Shown in pieces: positions 23,256 through 36,389 of a DNA stretch of 64,000 nucleotides (the stretch's first letter is position 1; every line of letters begins with the position of its first letter). The translations under genes were made by a program, and so were the position numbers. Below the pieces are notes generated by a model that was not told the DNA's origin, did not search any database, and saw only the letters and a program-made list of their open reading frames with translations. Origin of the DNA: Podarcis melisellensis. Its lineage: Eukaryota. Location of the stretch: NCBI GenBank assembly GCA_964234715.1, contig OZ174281.1. The stretch is one strand, 5' to 3'.

Positions 23256-25354
23256 CCCTAAAGCAGCCATTATGATAGATATTAAAATACCTCTCACATA
23301 TAACTTTAGGAACAAAACAACAAGAAAAGTACCACAATACTATGTTGGAAATAAAGCATGTCAACAGAGCTCATTTAGTATCCCTCTTAATTTCAGCTAC
23401 AGGAGTTGTTCCAAATCCCCTGGAGCAAAACTTAGAGAGCATACATTTGCCACCATGCCTATTAAATATAATGCTAAAAGCTGTCACTCTCCTCGCTTCC
23501 ACCATAACAAGGACCATTCCTAACAAAACTATTGACACTCGTTGGAATATGCGGATACGGAAACAACCAAGGGAAACAAGAGTGTTGTTATTACTTTATT
23601 TTTTATTTTTAGACTTCATACTCTGTCCCTCATCACAAGTGATGCCAGAACAGATCTCAACAATATAAAAACAAAATTACCAGAAAATACAATTAAAACA
23701 TATCATTAAGACATCCATCTGTCATATCTGTTCTAAATATTCAAAAGCCTATCCAAAGGCTGGCAGAAAGGGAACTGTTTTTGGCTACCACCAGAAGATA
23801 GAGCACATAATAGCTGGGTTTTATGGGGAGGGGGCACCATTGCAGTGAGGTCACACCTTGCTCTGGAAGCGGAAAGCAATTTCCATTGAAACCACGGCTA
23901 AAGATTTTCCCCTCCTTGGAAGGCTTTCAAAGAGACCCACACTGCTGTTTGAAACTACTTTGAAAATGGGAGGTTCAAAGAGCAGTGCGGGGCTGTTTGA
24001 AAGCCCTTTTGCAAACAGTCAAACATATTGTGTCAGGTGACTGACCACTGTGTGCTTCCACCCACTTGGCTTGCTGGGATAAAGAAGAATAAAATCTGGT
24101 ACATCAGCCAGAAAAGATTCCCCACCTTTGCTTTACAACAACCCTGTAAGGCGTCACCCACATCTTTGGCTATTTCCCCCCATTAATTTAGGGTCCCCTC
24201 TTCTAACTGAATATGAATATGCTGTATATGAACCTGAAGGCAGGTTTTCAATTCTCAGACATTTATGAAACTCCCTTCCCCCTTAAAAATCCAAAATATT
24301 GGTGGGAAACTATTTATAAACTATGGGTTGTATTCCACTAAGTCCTGCTCAAAAAGACTCTACTTAATGAAACTAAGTCATGTTTATTAACTTCAGTGGG
24401 TCTACTTGGAGTAGGACTATCATTGAGTACCACCCTTTTATCACAAATTGCTTTTATAAATATTATGAAAGTCTAAAGAAGACTATGACAAATAAGGGGC
24501 CATAGCCTATGATTTCACCCCCAAAAAACCATTGATTCTAAAAGTGTTCTATGGTACCTAGACCTACATTTATTCAAAACAGAATAGAATAAACATTTTA
24601 TACTGCCCTTGAATTCATTTTCTTTTAAATGGAGGTTTACAATAGCATGCCCATGACAAATACAAATGGAGGTAGATTGAGCATTTTACATAATACTTTG
24701 TAACATACACATAATTGTGCAACGCTAACAGAAATGTTCAAAGAACTTCTTTCCAGAGAAGGATGCAAAATGTACTGGCATAAAGAATAGCTGTGTGCAG
24801 ATTGCCAAATGGCGTTTGCTGGGAAAGTACCATTTAAAAGAATGATGTAATGTATAATTTCGAATTAGAAAATCGAAGGGAAGGTCCAGTGCTCCCAGCT
24901 AAACTGCTGGAAGTTAATAAGGTGTTAATTGAAGCACCAGTTGACTATAGCACCTCAGTGCTTGGTTGACAACTGAATTTTAAAAGTGAGAGAATGGAAA
25001 TAAATAGTGTTTACACAGTATATGCTGAAAGAATAAAATAGCTGAACTGTTTTAGTCGGGAAATAATTGCGGGCTGCAATCCCGTGCAACATTAGGTTAT
25101 TTAAATCCCAGTGAAGTCGAGGGCTACACAAGTGGGGAATCTGGCATCTGGATGCGTGTACATATAGCTGAATGGGAAATGGTGCAAATAAGTGATTTTT
25201 AGGTTTAAAGAGAAATGCCACATGCAGGTAACCCCATGGAATCCAGGGGAAATCAAAGCTGGCATTCAGGATCAGCATCCTTGCCCAGGCCGTAGTCAGG
25301 AGTCTTCTGTCAATTCCTGAAGCAGGACCAGCCCAAGAAATTTTGCTACTTGAG

Positions 25355-26419
25355 TGTCAGGCTTCAGGAAATCAGCTTCCTCTCTCCATGGCAGGAGATA
25401 AGCAGAACAAAGGAAAAGGAGTCATCTTACCAGTTAGAAGCTTTAATAATCACAGCGAGAGAACAAAGAACATGCCTAGAAATGGCAGTGCTCCCAATTA
25501 AGAATCCCACCCCCTTGTTGTTGTTTAGTCATTTAGTCGTATCCGACTCTTCGTGACCCCATGGACCAGAGCACGCCAGGCACTCCTGTCTTCCACTGCC
25601 TCCCACAGTTTGGTCAGACTCTTGTTTGTAGCTTCGAGAACACCGTCCAACCATCTCGTTCTCAGTTGTCCCCTTCTCCTTGTGGCCTCCATCTTTGCCA
25701 ACATCAGGGTCTTTTCCAGGGAGTCTTCTCTTCTCATGAGGTGGCCAAAGTATTGGAGTCTCAGCTTCAGGATCTGTCCTTCCAGTGAGCACTCAGGGCT
25801 GATTTCCTTCAGAATGGATCGGTTTGATCTTCTTGCAGTTCATGGGACTCTCAAGAGTCTCCTCCAGCACCATAATTCAAAAGCATCAATTCTTTGGCGA
25901 TCAGCCTTCTTTATGCTCCAGCTCTCGCTTCCATACATCACTACTGGGAAAACCATGGCTTTAACTATACAGACCTTTGTTGGCAAGGTGATGTCTCTGC
26001 TTTTTAACATACTGTCTTCCCCACCCCCTTACGTCCCTATTAATCCATATCACTGCTACGTTTTGGAATCTGAGCCTGTCCCCTCTGTGCTTTGTGTGCT
26101 TTCTGTTCTGCCACTTTCTCAGCTCTTATTGACTTTGGGGAGAGCGGATGAATGCTTTCCAGAGACAGTGAATCTGTTAACCTTCTCTCTCCTAGTGTTT
26201 CTTCTCCTAGCTGCTCCCCATCCAGTACTTCCCAGCTTCTGCCTTCTGAACGATGCCCCTCTGCAAACCACTGTTCCAAATCTATACTGTCCTCCTGCTC
26301 CTGGGAAGATTGAGGATCCAGATCTGGAGCGGGGGGGGGGGAGGCTCCCACCATTCCTCCTTAGTGCAGCGGTCCCTGCACTAAGGGACCTGCATTCCTC
26401 CTCAGCACGGTCCCTGACA
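25355..26419 (-). mobile_element. Solo LTR (Gypsy-like), ~550 bp once the nested BovB is removed
   Basis: TGTCAGG...CCTGACA termini; 5-bp TSD ttgag at 25350-25354 and 26420-26424; ATTAAA on the minus strand near 25442. Confidence 0.85.
25517..26019 (-). mobile_element. BovB LINE 3' end nested in the solo LTR
   Basis: Minus-strand KSRDITLPTKV...HGVTKSRIRLND; 11-bp TSD cccaccccctt at 25506-25516 and 26020-26030. Confidence 0.95.
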
Positions 26420-26817
26420 TTGAGGCAAAAAAACCAAAACAAGCTGGCAAGCTGCCCATCCCTTTCCATGTACTGGATTAGCAACTGAATCTTGCTTCAA
26501 TTCTGCCAATGGGACAGCATCCTCCATTGCAGTTATTAATATTGCACAGCTTGAAGCCATAGGATGAATAAAAACTAACTCTTCGGGGGGGGGGGGGAAT
26601 TATCCAGACCAAAAATATGGTTCCAAAGCTTTACTAACAGAACTTGTTCCAAAACAGTTTGTGTATTGTTTGGGAAAGTGCAGATCATGTAAGTTCGCAG
26701 GAAAATGCAAATTGAACCAAATTCCTGCTCCATCCCATGTCGTATCTGGGAAAGGGTCTTATGAAATGCACATGCCTGTATAATATTACTGCCACCCCAA
26801 CACCAATAAAATACATA

Positions 26818-27048
26818 CAGGGGTACCTCGGGTTACAGGCGCCTCAGGTTACAGATGCTTCAGGTTACAGACTCTGTTATCCCAGAAATATCACCTCGGG
26901 TTAAGAACTTTGCTTCAGGATGAGAACAGAAATTGCATGGCGGCAGTGGGAGGCCCCATTAGCTAAAGTAGTACCTCAGGTTAAGAACAGTTTCAGGTTA
27001 AGAATGGACCTCCGGAATGAATTAAGTTCTTAACCTGAGGTACCACTG
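26818..27048. mobile_element. Tc1/mariner MITE
   Basis: TA-CAGGGGTACCTC...GAGGTACCACTG-TA. Confidence 0.9.
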
Positions 27049-28487
27049 TATTTTAAAACTACACTGTATTTTTTAAAAAATAAATATAGCAACTCTTATC
27101 TACTGGGTGGGGTTAGGGTTTTTTGGTGGGGGAATCATGAAAGTCTGCCATAGGTAAGTTCTCTTTTGAGAAGCTAACTTTCTTTAGAAGAATTTATGGT
27201 GTATGAAATTATTATACATTCATAATGTGTTTCATTTGATTTTGTCTGTTTCCCTTCTCTGGTGTCACATTCATTCACAGAAGACCTTCTTCACACTAAA
27301 ATTAAAGATCTCCTTTGGCAAGCTTGCTGCCGTATAATAATCTTTTACAGTATATTAAAATTGCAAATTAAAGGTAGCTTTAATTTAAATTGGGGGAAAA
27401 AACACACACCAGCCCATTTTCATTATACAACTGCTGTCGTAGCATAAACTGTGTGGGTGTACAACTCTCATGGGTCTTAGTACAGACCTGAAACACTCAG
27501 GGAAATGAGAGACACAAAGCTTTGGGTTTTCGAATAAAGCAAATAAATAAAATTGCACATAAATATTGAGGTAATGAACATAAAATAATTCATGTGAAAA
27601 TATAGCTGACTTTATTCTCTTCATTTAAAAACAAGTAAATTAAAAATCCACCACATCTACCTCAAGAAGACAGAAATAAGCAGAATTAAAAATCAGGATG
27701 TACAATGCAACCCATACCTAGGTTTATTAACAATCTTAAAAGACTCTCAACTTCAATTATTGTGCAAGGAATTTATCACTTTTCTTCTGGTAGTGGCATG
27801 ATTGCTCATAGCAAAAACAACAACAAACCAGAAAAGAGTTGATCATCTGCACATCACACAATGATAACAATCTTTTTGTCTGAGAAACTAACTAAGATAG
27901 TACACACCCTGAATGACGCTACTGTTATGGACAATTTTTCTGAAAAAAATGGCACTTGTTTTCAAATGAACATCCTGGTGACTGGCACCCGCCAACTACA
28001 CATATAGATTTATGGGAAAATTTGTTGTATCCGTCTTTTGTTCTGGGGGAGGGGTGGGAGAGGGGAAACTAATTGCTTTGATAATGTTGTGTTGGCGCTT
28101 ACAGCCTGTTTCTTGCAAATTAATAATAAAAAAATTATTTTAAAGAACTACATCTATTGATCAATGCAAAGAGAGAGGAGGGGAGCAGTCCGTGTGTGAC
28201 CTGTTTCACCTGGCTACTAGCTAATTGCTTCTAATTAGATCTTCCCAGGCAGATTGTTTTGCCTTTTCGCCACAAAGCGAGGTCACTTGTGTGGCCACTG
28301 TTGTTTTCCTCCAGGCTTTCAAGCAACAGTTTTGGTTAATTTACCAGGTATGTAGAGACCGGCAATGAGAATCATTGGGTAGCAGGTATTTATCTGGGAG
28401 GGGTGGTAAAAAGTTTCATGGGTCTCTGATGTGCAGGTGCTCGATGGGCGAACTTTGACATAGATCCTTTCATTATCCTTTTGTATG

Positions 28488-28490
<3 letters not shown>

Positions 28491-28544
<54 letters not shown>
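28491..28544. repeat. (TC)n microsatellite
   Basis: Directly visible. Confidence 0.97.
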
Positions 28545-28548
<4 letters not shown>

Positions 28549-30209
28549 CTTTTGTTGAGGGACATTCGAACATTACACAGCTGGGATATCAGCTTCTGCT
28601 TGTTAAATAGGAGGCTTGTTGCAATCATACCTGGAAACTCATTAAAAATAAAAGTCAGGCTTCAAGGACTAATTTGTATGCTTGTGAGTGCTATTTTAAG
28701 AACTCTGCCATTTAAAATCTTCCTCTGAATGAAGGCCTGTTATTTAACCCCCTCGGGATCAGGTTGCTTTCCATAGTACATTTTTGAGTGGCAGGATCAC
28801 TGAGCATGAGGCCATGCTACCTGACAGTCTGCATGAGAATAGGGCAGATTCTGGTTGCTACCGGTCCAAATAAGCCAGGGAGGCATAGTCATGGTACAAC
28901 TAAAATGGGTGCTACTAAGTACCCTTTATTTAAGGCACTTGAAATTTGGCTTACTGCTTGGGTGCCATTATCATGGGATAAATTGCTACGCATAAGCAAC
29001 ACTTGGCTGATGGTAGACCTTCTTTGAGTTTCTAAAATCTGGTTTTGGTTGTATTTAGTTTTTTAATTAATTGATTATACTCCCTCCCCCTTCCACATTG
29101 TACTTTCATATGTAATTAGCTACATTTAGACACAAACGAACCGGCAACCATATGGATTTCATGTGCCCTCCACCCTAGTATATAATTTTTTTGTACACAT
29201 TACTTGGCTGGAGAACTGCGCTGAAAAATTCAGAATTTTTGTGTGAATTTTTTGAAGGACAACTGTGTTTTGGTTTGCGTACTGTGAATTAGGTCGATTC
29301 ACCTTCAAATGTGAACCCTTCGCACCATCTCCCACATCCCTATTTTAGATTAGGGTATTATGCTGCCAAAGACATTTGTTGGCTGTATCTTTTGAACTGC
29401 CTCCGTCCCCAAATACAAGGGTGTCAGATACAGGGGATACATGTGTGAAGTCATTTGACTATCAGGCCATAATATAATGGCCTTGCTCTGCTGCTCGATA
29501 TACTGATTAATTGATCTCTTCTTCCTCTACCCAACAATGAACAGAACACAGATTTAGACTTTCTGGCAAATTAATTCCAATGAGATTTAGTCAGGCTCCA
29601 GATAGATATATCAGAATAAAATTTGTCACTACACTATTCAAAGGATTCATTTCTGCATATGCGGCGTTCCAGCAGGGAATAGTAAGGTGGCTCCAGGATA
29701 AATATATAAGCAACTGGAAACTGTTTGAAAATAATTACAAAAATGAGATGACTACTGTATGTAAAATGGGCTTTTAATTGCAGCAGAAAAGAAAATCTTC
29801 AGAAATTATTCGCGAGATAGCTTAATTCTCAAGGGCATATGGGTGAGGTTTCAGCAGAACGTGTTAGATAAAGACTGCATGATGTGTGAATGAATTTGAT
29901 TGTGGCAATAAATCATTCTGACCACAACTTGGCTTCCGCTGGAATTAACTATAAAGCTTCCTAAGTGCTGAGGGATTATTGACAGAGGACAACACATGTT
30001 TATCTGTCTAACAGAGATGCAAATAATCAAGAGACCCGAGTAACCCACATGATCAGAGCTTCTATAAATTACTAGCGTGATGTGGAGGCCAACCTCAGAG
30101 CGTCAGTTTTTCTACAGCCACTGTTAATGTATGATATTCAGTGTGGCAGGCTAGCTTATGGAAACCCGATACCCAGTGACTGACCCCCACATTCTATTGG
30201 TAAGGTATG

Positions 30210-30455
30210 TGTTATGTACTGAAGTTCTCACCCTGGGCCAGCAGGGGAAACTGTAGATAGTTATGCAAATAAGGGATTGAAAGTGGCGTTCAGTGATTGG
30301 ATAGTTTTAGAAAATTGTTGCAGTTACGTTGTACTGGAGCTCTATATAAGCAGGCTGACTGAACCCTTCAGTTCAGTTCTGTTCTGGCCTGTGAATAAAC
30401 AAGAGCTGTTTGAAGAATCACTGTGTTGTCTGATATGTTCACCCACAACTTAACA
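30210..30455 (+). mobile_element. Short solo LTR, 246 bp (Copia- or Gypsy-like)
   Basis: TGTTA...TAACA; 5-bp TSD gtatg at 30205-30209 and 30456-30460; octamer 30263, ATTGG 30296, TATATAA 30343, AATAAA 30394. Confidence 0.9.
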
Positions 30456-30460
30456 GTATG

Positions 30461-30753
30461 GAATCTATGCTGTCAGGTGCCATAAGAAAGCTGCAGAGAT
30501 AGCGCAGGATACCCCGGAAATGATCTCTTTCAGCTTCTGCCTTCTGGAAGAAGGTATAGGGTTATAAAGACCAGGCCTGAGAAACAGTTTCTACGCAAAT
30601 GCAATTCTGGTTCTAAACGCAGCGTAAGGAGTCTCTATAGTATAGTGTATTTTAAAATGGGGTTTCAGAGTTTTTAGGGGGTTTTGAATGTTTTATGTAG
30701 ATTTTCAATTTCATTGTTCTGTATGGGACAATGACAATAAAGATATTGTATCG
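30461..30753 (+). mobile_element. Rex1/Babar LINE 3' fragment
   Basis: Peptide NDLFQLLPSGRRYRVIKTR then LRNSFY...AILVLN (frameshifted) is the Rex1 C-terminal motif; gacaatgacaataaag tail. Confidence 0.8.
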
Positions 30754-33428
30754 AAGAACTGATCATGTGGCTCACCTAGATCCCATGATTATTTTTCATG
30801 AAGTGCAGTGCTGATGGGAAGCCAGGTGTCCTCATGTGATCAGAGCTTTCTCGATATAGAAAAGCCCTGATACTGAGATATAGTAATATGCAAATATAAT
30901 TAAAAGTGGCTGATTAATTGATTGAGTCCAAGGCTGATAATCTCCTAATGCTGCATGCAATCTTGTATGCACGTACCTGGGAGTAAGTCTCGTTGAGCTC
31001 AGTGGAGCTTACTTCTAAGTAGACGTACATAAGATTGAACTGAAATAAATATTAAATTAGTGGACAGCTTCACTAAGCCAACCTCCACCTTTGTTCTGTA
31101 ATTTACCAAGGCTCAGATTTCTTAAAAAACAGAGAGCTATTTTGCTGTCAGAGAGAGGGACAATGGCAATAGCTTTAGCTCCAGGCATGGGGGATGGAAG
31201 AAAAAGAGAGTCTGAAGTCTACAAAGAGCTGGATTTATAATAGGATAGATTACTAAGAAGATAATGAATGGGGTGAAACGATTGGCTCTGTTGTTTCCTT
31301 TAGGGCCATTCTCACATCAATGGTGTAACTATTCGTTTTGAGGGAGGGAGGTTAGTTTAAACCATTTGGCTTTTGAATTGCCTTTGGCCATGAAAATAGG
31401 CAGTGCAATCCTGTGTGTGTCTACTCAGAAGTAAGGCTCATTAACTTAATGGGGATTTAGAAGTACACCTGTGCAGGGCTGCACTCTTAACTTGCTCATG
31501 CTGATATGCTGCAATTGGAAGGGAATAAATGAACGAACGGAATTAAATATGTTTTCCACATAGATTGTGGATGTTGGTTTATGCATTACTTTTATATAAA
31601 AAAACCCTATGTATAATGTTTTCTATCCCTCAAAATGTGATTTATTAATCAAAAGATGCTTCCAGGTTGTAGCTATTTTTGAGGGTGGGGGGCATTCAAT
31701 CACATACCAGCAAATTCATGGTGTGCAAGCACTCTTGCACAACAAATCTGTCCCCCCCCCAAAAAAAAAATCAGGCTTTTTGCAATAAGGAGAGTGATGG
31801 GAAATTAACTAGAAAGAGTGGGGTAATAATTGTTTGATTCTATGTCGAATTATCTCCCTGCAAACAAATCAGAACAAATGCTCAATAAATAGTCAACATT
31901 GTTTATCTTTGGATGGAAGGTCAATAAACAGGTTGTCTGGAAGCGGCAATATCATGAAAACAGAGAGCAGTAGTATGGACCAAACAAAACAAATCCACAA
32001 GCAGGAGGGTATTAAAAGAAACCCCAAACCTGGCTGACTATGGTCTTAACAACCACCTGAAAATCTGCAATGAAGGGGACGATCATCTGACATGATCAGA
32101 AATTCCTTCTATATCCAATGCATTCTGGATGAATCTCCTCAAGAACTGAGAATCTTCTCAGAGGCTGTTCTCCCAAGTGGGCCTGGTGCACTTGAGTTTG
32201 AGTGACAACTGAAGACAAGGTCTTTTCAGTGGTGGCACTGGGCAGGTGGAATTTCCTTCTCAAAATGACCCACATGGTGTTTTCATGGTGAATATTCAGG
32301 AGACAAATCAAAACTTCATTCTTACATTTAAAGGTGGTTTTCTTTTTTTAAACTGAGCAGTAGCACTTGTGATTTTATTCTGAATGTTTTTTTAACAGTG
32401 TTCTGCTCTGTGTTGCTTTTATGTGTGCTTTTTTTTAAAAAAAGCCTTTGAATGTTTAGCCTGCTGCGCTTATGATTTTACTGTTTTCAGTACGTTGTGT
32501 TAAATTGTTCTTTTCTTTTGCCGTTCTATTAATATGCATTCAGAAGTTTCTGGGCTGAAAAGTGGACTGGAAATATTGGGAAATACAAAAATAAGACACA
32601 TGAAGCGAGACTTCCTCAATATTTTAAAGGCTTTGAATTATACCATTCAGGGGTGTGTGTGTTTTTAAGGGGGAGAGAAAGAAGCAAGACCCATTTCACT
32701 TAAGCCTATACAAAGCAAGGCGGATATAATACAAAAGGAAGCTTTATAAAATGCAGAAATAATTTAATCCCTACATTTCAAAGAAAATCACCATACTCAA
32801 TAGTGCTGCGAGCAAATGGAGAACTCGCCTCCTTCACTGTTTATTTAGTACAGGGATAGACTACAACACCCATCATCCCAGACCACTGGCCAGGCTGGCT
32901 GGGGCTAATCAATATGGGGCACCATATTAGCCAACTCTGATTTAGTAGGTGACAGCTCTGCCTGGGGCTGATCAGATCTGTGATCCAAAACCACTGGAAC
33001 GTATCAGTTTTGCAACTTATTGGCTTGGGCTGGTTTCATACACAATGCTGAAATCTCATTTGAGATGCACCCCAACCGTTGGGTGATCATCTGTGAATAC
33101 TGTTATACGATGAATGCACACAGCAGTATTTTGCCCTGTAGACAAACTCTGGAGTGCCAGTACCAGGCACTGAAAGATTGGTACTTACTGAACCTACCCA
33201 CTGAAAGACAGAGGCACACTGGCAGCAGCTCAGGGTGGGAGACATGTAACCCCCCCTTGCCCAGCCTAACAAAGTGAAGAGAGAGGAGATGGAGATGGCC
33301 TCAGTATGAGAGAACCAGCACAAGGAATGGTGTTCCTCCCTGCAGGGGTGGTTTACATTCCCTCCACCTGTAAAAAACATCATTTCTGATCTGGGCAGGC
33401 TGCGACTACCAGCTGCACTCCCTTAAGC

Positions 33429-33455
33429 AATAATAATAATAATAATAATAATACT

Positions 33456-33514
<59 letters not shown>

Positions 33515-34030
33515 TTATATCCTGCCCTCCCTGGCTCAGGGCAGCTAACACCAGTAAAATTACAATAAAAACATAATAGGAAAAAAACCCACCAATATAA
33601 AATACAGGTTAAAATGCAATTTAAAATGCAGCCTCATTTTAAAAGTAGCCCATAAATCAAAACCATAAGGGGAGGGAAACATAAGGGTCAGACTGAGTCC
33701 AAACCAAAGGCCAGGTGGAACAGCTCTGTCTTGCAGGTCCTGCGGAAAGATGTCAAGTCCCTCAGGGTCCTAGTCTCTTGTGACAGAGCGTTCCACCAAG
33801 TCGGGACCAGTACTGAAATGGCCCTGGCCCTAGTTGAGGACAATCTAACCACCTTGAGACCTGGGATCTCCAAAGTGTTGTCATTTGTGGACCTTAAGGT
33901 CCTCCGCGGGGCATACCAGGAGAGCCAGTCCCATAGGTACATGGGTCCTAGGCCACACAGGGCTTTAAAGGTCAAAACCACCACCTTAAACCTGCCCCTG
34001 TACTCCACTAGGAGCCAGTGCAGTTGGTAA
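33429..34030 (-). mobile_element. L2 LINE 3' end with (TAA)n tail (33429-33513)
   Basis: ORF 33688-34074 LHWLLVEYRGRFKVVVLTFKALCGLGP...RAISVLVPTWWNALS...FRRTCKTELF; same subfamily as 60369-60760. Confidence 0.88.
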
Positions 34031-34164
34031 AGTAAGTATTGGTGAGTTCCAGAGGCTTCACAACACAACCACACCAGTGAGCTAACCCTGCTTCACACAA
34101 GCAGTAAAAAGGCAGTCCCCAGGTGGCTGAAGACTTGATACCTTCAGAGAGTTTGCAACTCTAA

Positions 34165-34528
34165 AGGTAAAGGTAAAGGTACCCCTGCCCGTACGGGCCA
34201 GTCTTGACAGACTCTGGGGTTGTGCGCCCATCTCACTTAAGAGGCCAGGGGCCAGCGCTGTCCAGAGACACTTCCGGGTCACATGGCCAGTGTGACATCG
34301 CTGCTCTGGCGAGCCAGAGCTGCACACGGAAACGCCGTTTACCTTCCCGCTGGTAAGCGGTCCCTATTTATCTACTTGCACCCGGAGGTGCTTTCGAACT
34401 GCTAGGTTGGCAGGCGCTGGGACCGAGCAGCGGGAGCGCACCCTGCAGCAGGGATTCGAACCGCCGACCTTTCGATCGGCAAGTCCTAGGTGCTGAGGCT
34501 TTAACCCACAGCGCCACCTGTGTCCCAT
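34165..34528 (-). mobile_element. Sauria SINE, young CpG-rich subfamily
   Basis: 14-bp TSD gtttgcaactctaa at 34151-34164 and 34529-34542. Confidence 0.95.
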
Positions 34529-34825
34529 GTTTGCAACTCTAAGCATCCTTTATTTGGAAGGGAGAAGGCGCCATTGCTGTGGACAAAATGGGGGTTAATT
34601 CTGAATGAACAGGCATATGTCTGCCATGCATCTCTCACAGGACTTGAAGGTGAGGGTTTTCTCAGGTTCTTCAAGTCGCTTGCCCTTGAGAGATTTTGGA
34701 CCACAACTCCCTCCAATCCCCACCCATTGCTATCACTGTCTTGGGCTGATGATGGGAGCTGTAATTCCAACAATAATTTGCGACAGCACCATCTTGGGAA
34801 AGGCTGAGTTGGTTGGCACCCATCT

Positions 34826-34953
34826 GACTCAGGAGAGAATGGAGGAGCGTGCCTTTGCAGGTGAAGTCAAGCTGTTGGAAAGTTGCAGCTCCTGTTGTGG
34901 CTGTAGAGACCGATACAGGAGAGACATGTTTTGTTACAGCTGGGGCAGATGAA
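34826..34953 (-). mobile_element. RTE-clade LINE terminal fragment
   Basis: FICPSCNKTCLSCIGLYSHNRSCN zinc-finger terminus. Confidence 0.7.
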
Positions 34954-35780
34954 GACATTGTTTCTGAGGATCTCCCTCTCCTCCCTGGAAGACCCACTCA
35001 GGAGGCTTGTCAGGATAAAATGGTTCCATTTCACCAGGATTCTGGATAACAAAGGCTATCAGGATTGGCAATTGCTGGCTCTATCGTTTTCCACCTTTTG
35101 AATTTTTCTGCCCTTTAATTTTTCTGCCCTATGCAGCCATCTAATTTACCTAGTGGTTAAGCCACTTCTAAAAGCACATAATTTGTTAAAAAGGAACTCT
35201 TTCACAAATAAGCCACCCACAAGCCATTTTGTGCACACATTTTAGCTGCGCTTTCTTTTCTTTTCTTTTTGGGGAGAAAATAAAATGAGCCCAACTGGAT
35301 ATTTATTCTTGGAAACTCTCCACACCTAATTTGAGATAATTGTAGTTTACAGTGATTTAAAAATTTGCACCAAGAGATAAACAGATGCATAGCCCATGCA
35401 AATTAACAACTTAAAAAAAGATTTTGAATAACTGTGTCAATTAGTACTTCTCCAAATAAAAACCAAGAGGTGTGAGCTACTGACATATTTCACCTGGCGC
35501 CTCATGTTTGGCATTTTTATTTGTGATGCTAAACACACATGCTATTCTAGCATGCCAAACATGCGTAGAAGAGCAAGGAAACATTTCTTTGCTAGAGCTA
35601 AGATCACCTTGAAGTTCTTGAATTTCATTCGGAATTTTAGTTGACCTGAGCTTCTCAGAAGCACCTTGAACAAGAGGAAGTATCAATAGGCTTGGGGAAA
35701 TTCCAAGGTTTGCAGAATTACAAGTAATATTTAAGAAAACAACTTGTAAAGGGCAGGGTCCCAAAAGGAGTCCAGGGAGG

Positions 35781-35960
35781 CATAGGAGCCAACTCCTAGA
35801 GGCCAAGGTCCCTTTGCCCCCCATAAAATATTTGAGGGGGCTGCCCCCCAAAGTTGATGGGCACTGGAATTCAAATGGTGTGTGTACACCATGTCATGTG
35901 ATCAATTATGTGGGGTGGGGCATATATGCCCCCCATATTTTATTCAAGTTGGCACCCCTG
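35781..35960. mobile_element. hAT MITE
   Basis: TIR CATAGGAGCCAACT / AGTTGGCACCCCTG; 8-bp TSD cagggagg/caaggagg. Confidence 0.78.
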
Positions 35961-36389
35961 CAAGGAGGACAGAATGAACTGCTGATGGAGGGCCCATCTG
36001 CAGTACTGTACCACTTTAAACAGTTATGGCTTTCACCCAAAAATCCTGGGAACAGTAGTTTGTGAAGGATGCCAATGGTGGATTTTGGAGTGGGGGTGTC
36101 AAAAGAGGGTACGTACCCTGGGAGGCAGGACAGGGCAATGGAAAACAGCACCATGCCCTGAGCTATGTGTATGACAAAGGTGTCCTCCAGGGTCAGAGGG
36201 AGTCATTGACACTCTGTGTTTTTCCCCCCTGGGCCCCAGTCTGCCTTCTAAGAGCCAATCAACATGAAATAGCAACCTCTCAGTCACTTAGAAGAGTCTT
36301 CACACTTGGCTCCTCTGGCATGCTGATTTGGTGCATAGGGATATCTGTGTGGAAAGGAGACTGAGGAGGAGTGTGGAGATGCTAGAAAC

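Noticed and set aside
25553-26488. Longest ORF (311 aa, + strand)
   Set aside because: Antisense frame of BovB running into an LTR; the same peptide recurs antisense to the other BovB copies.
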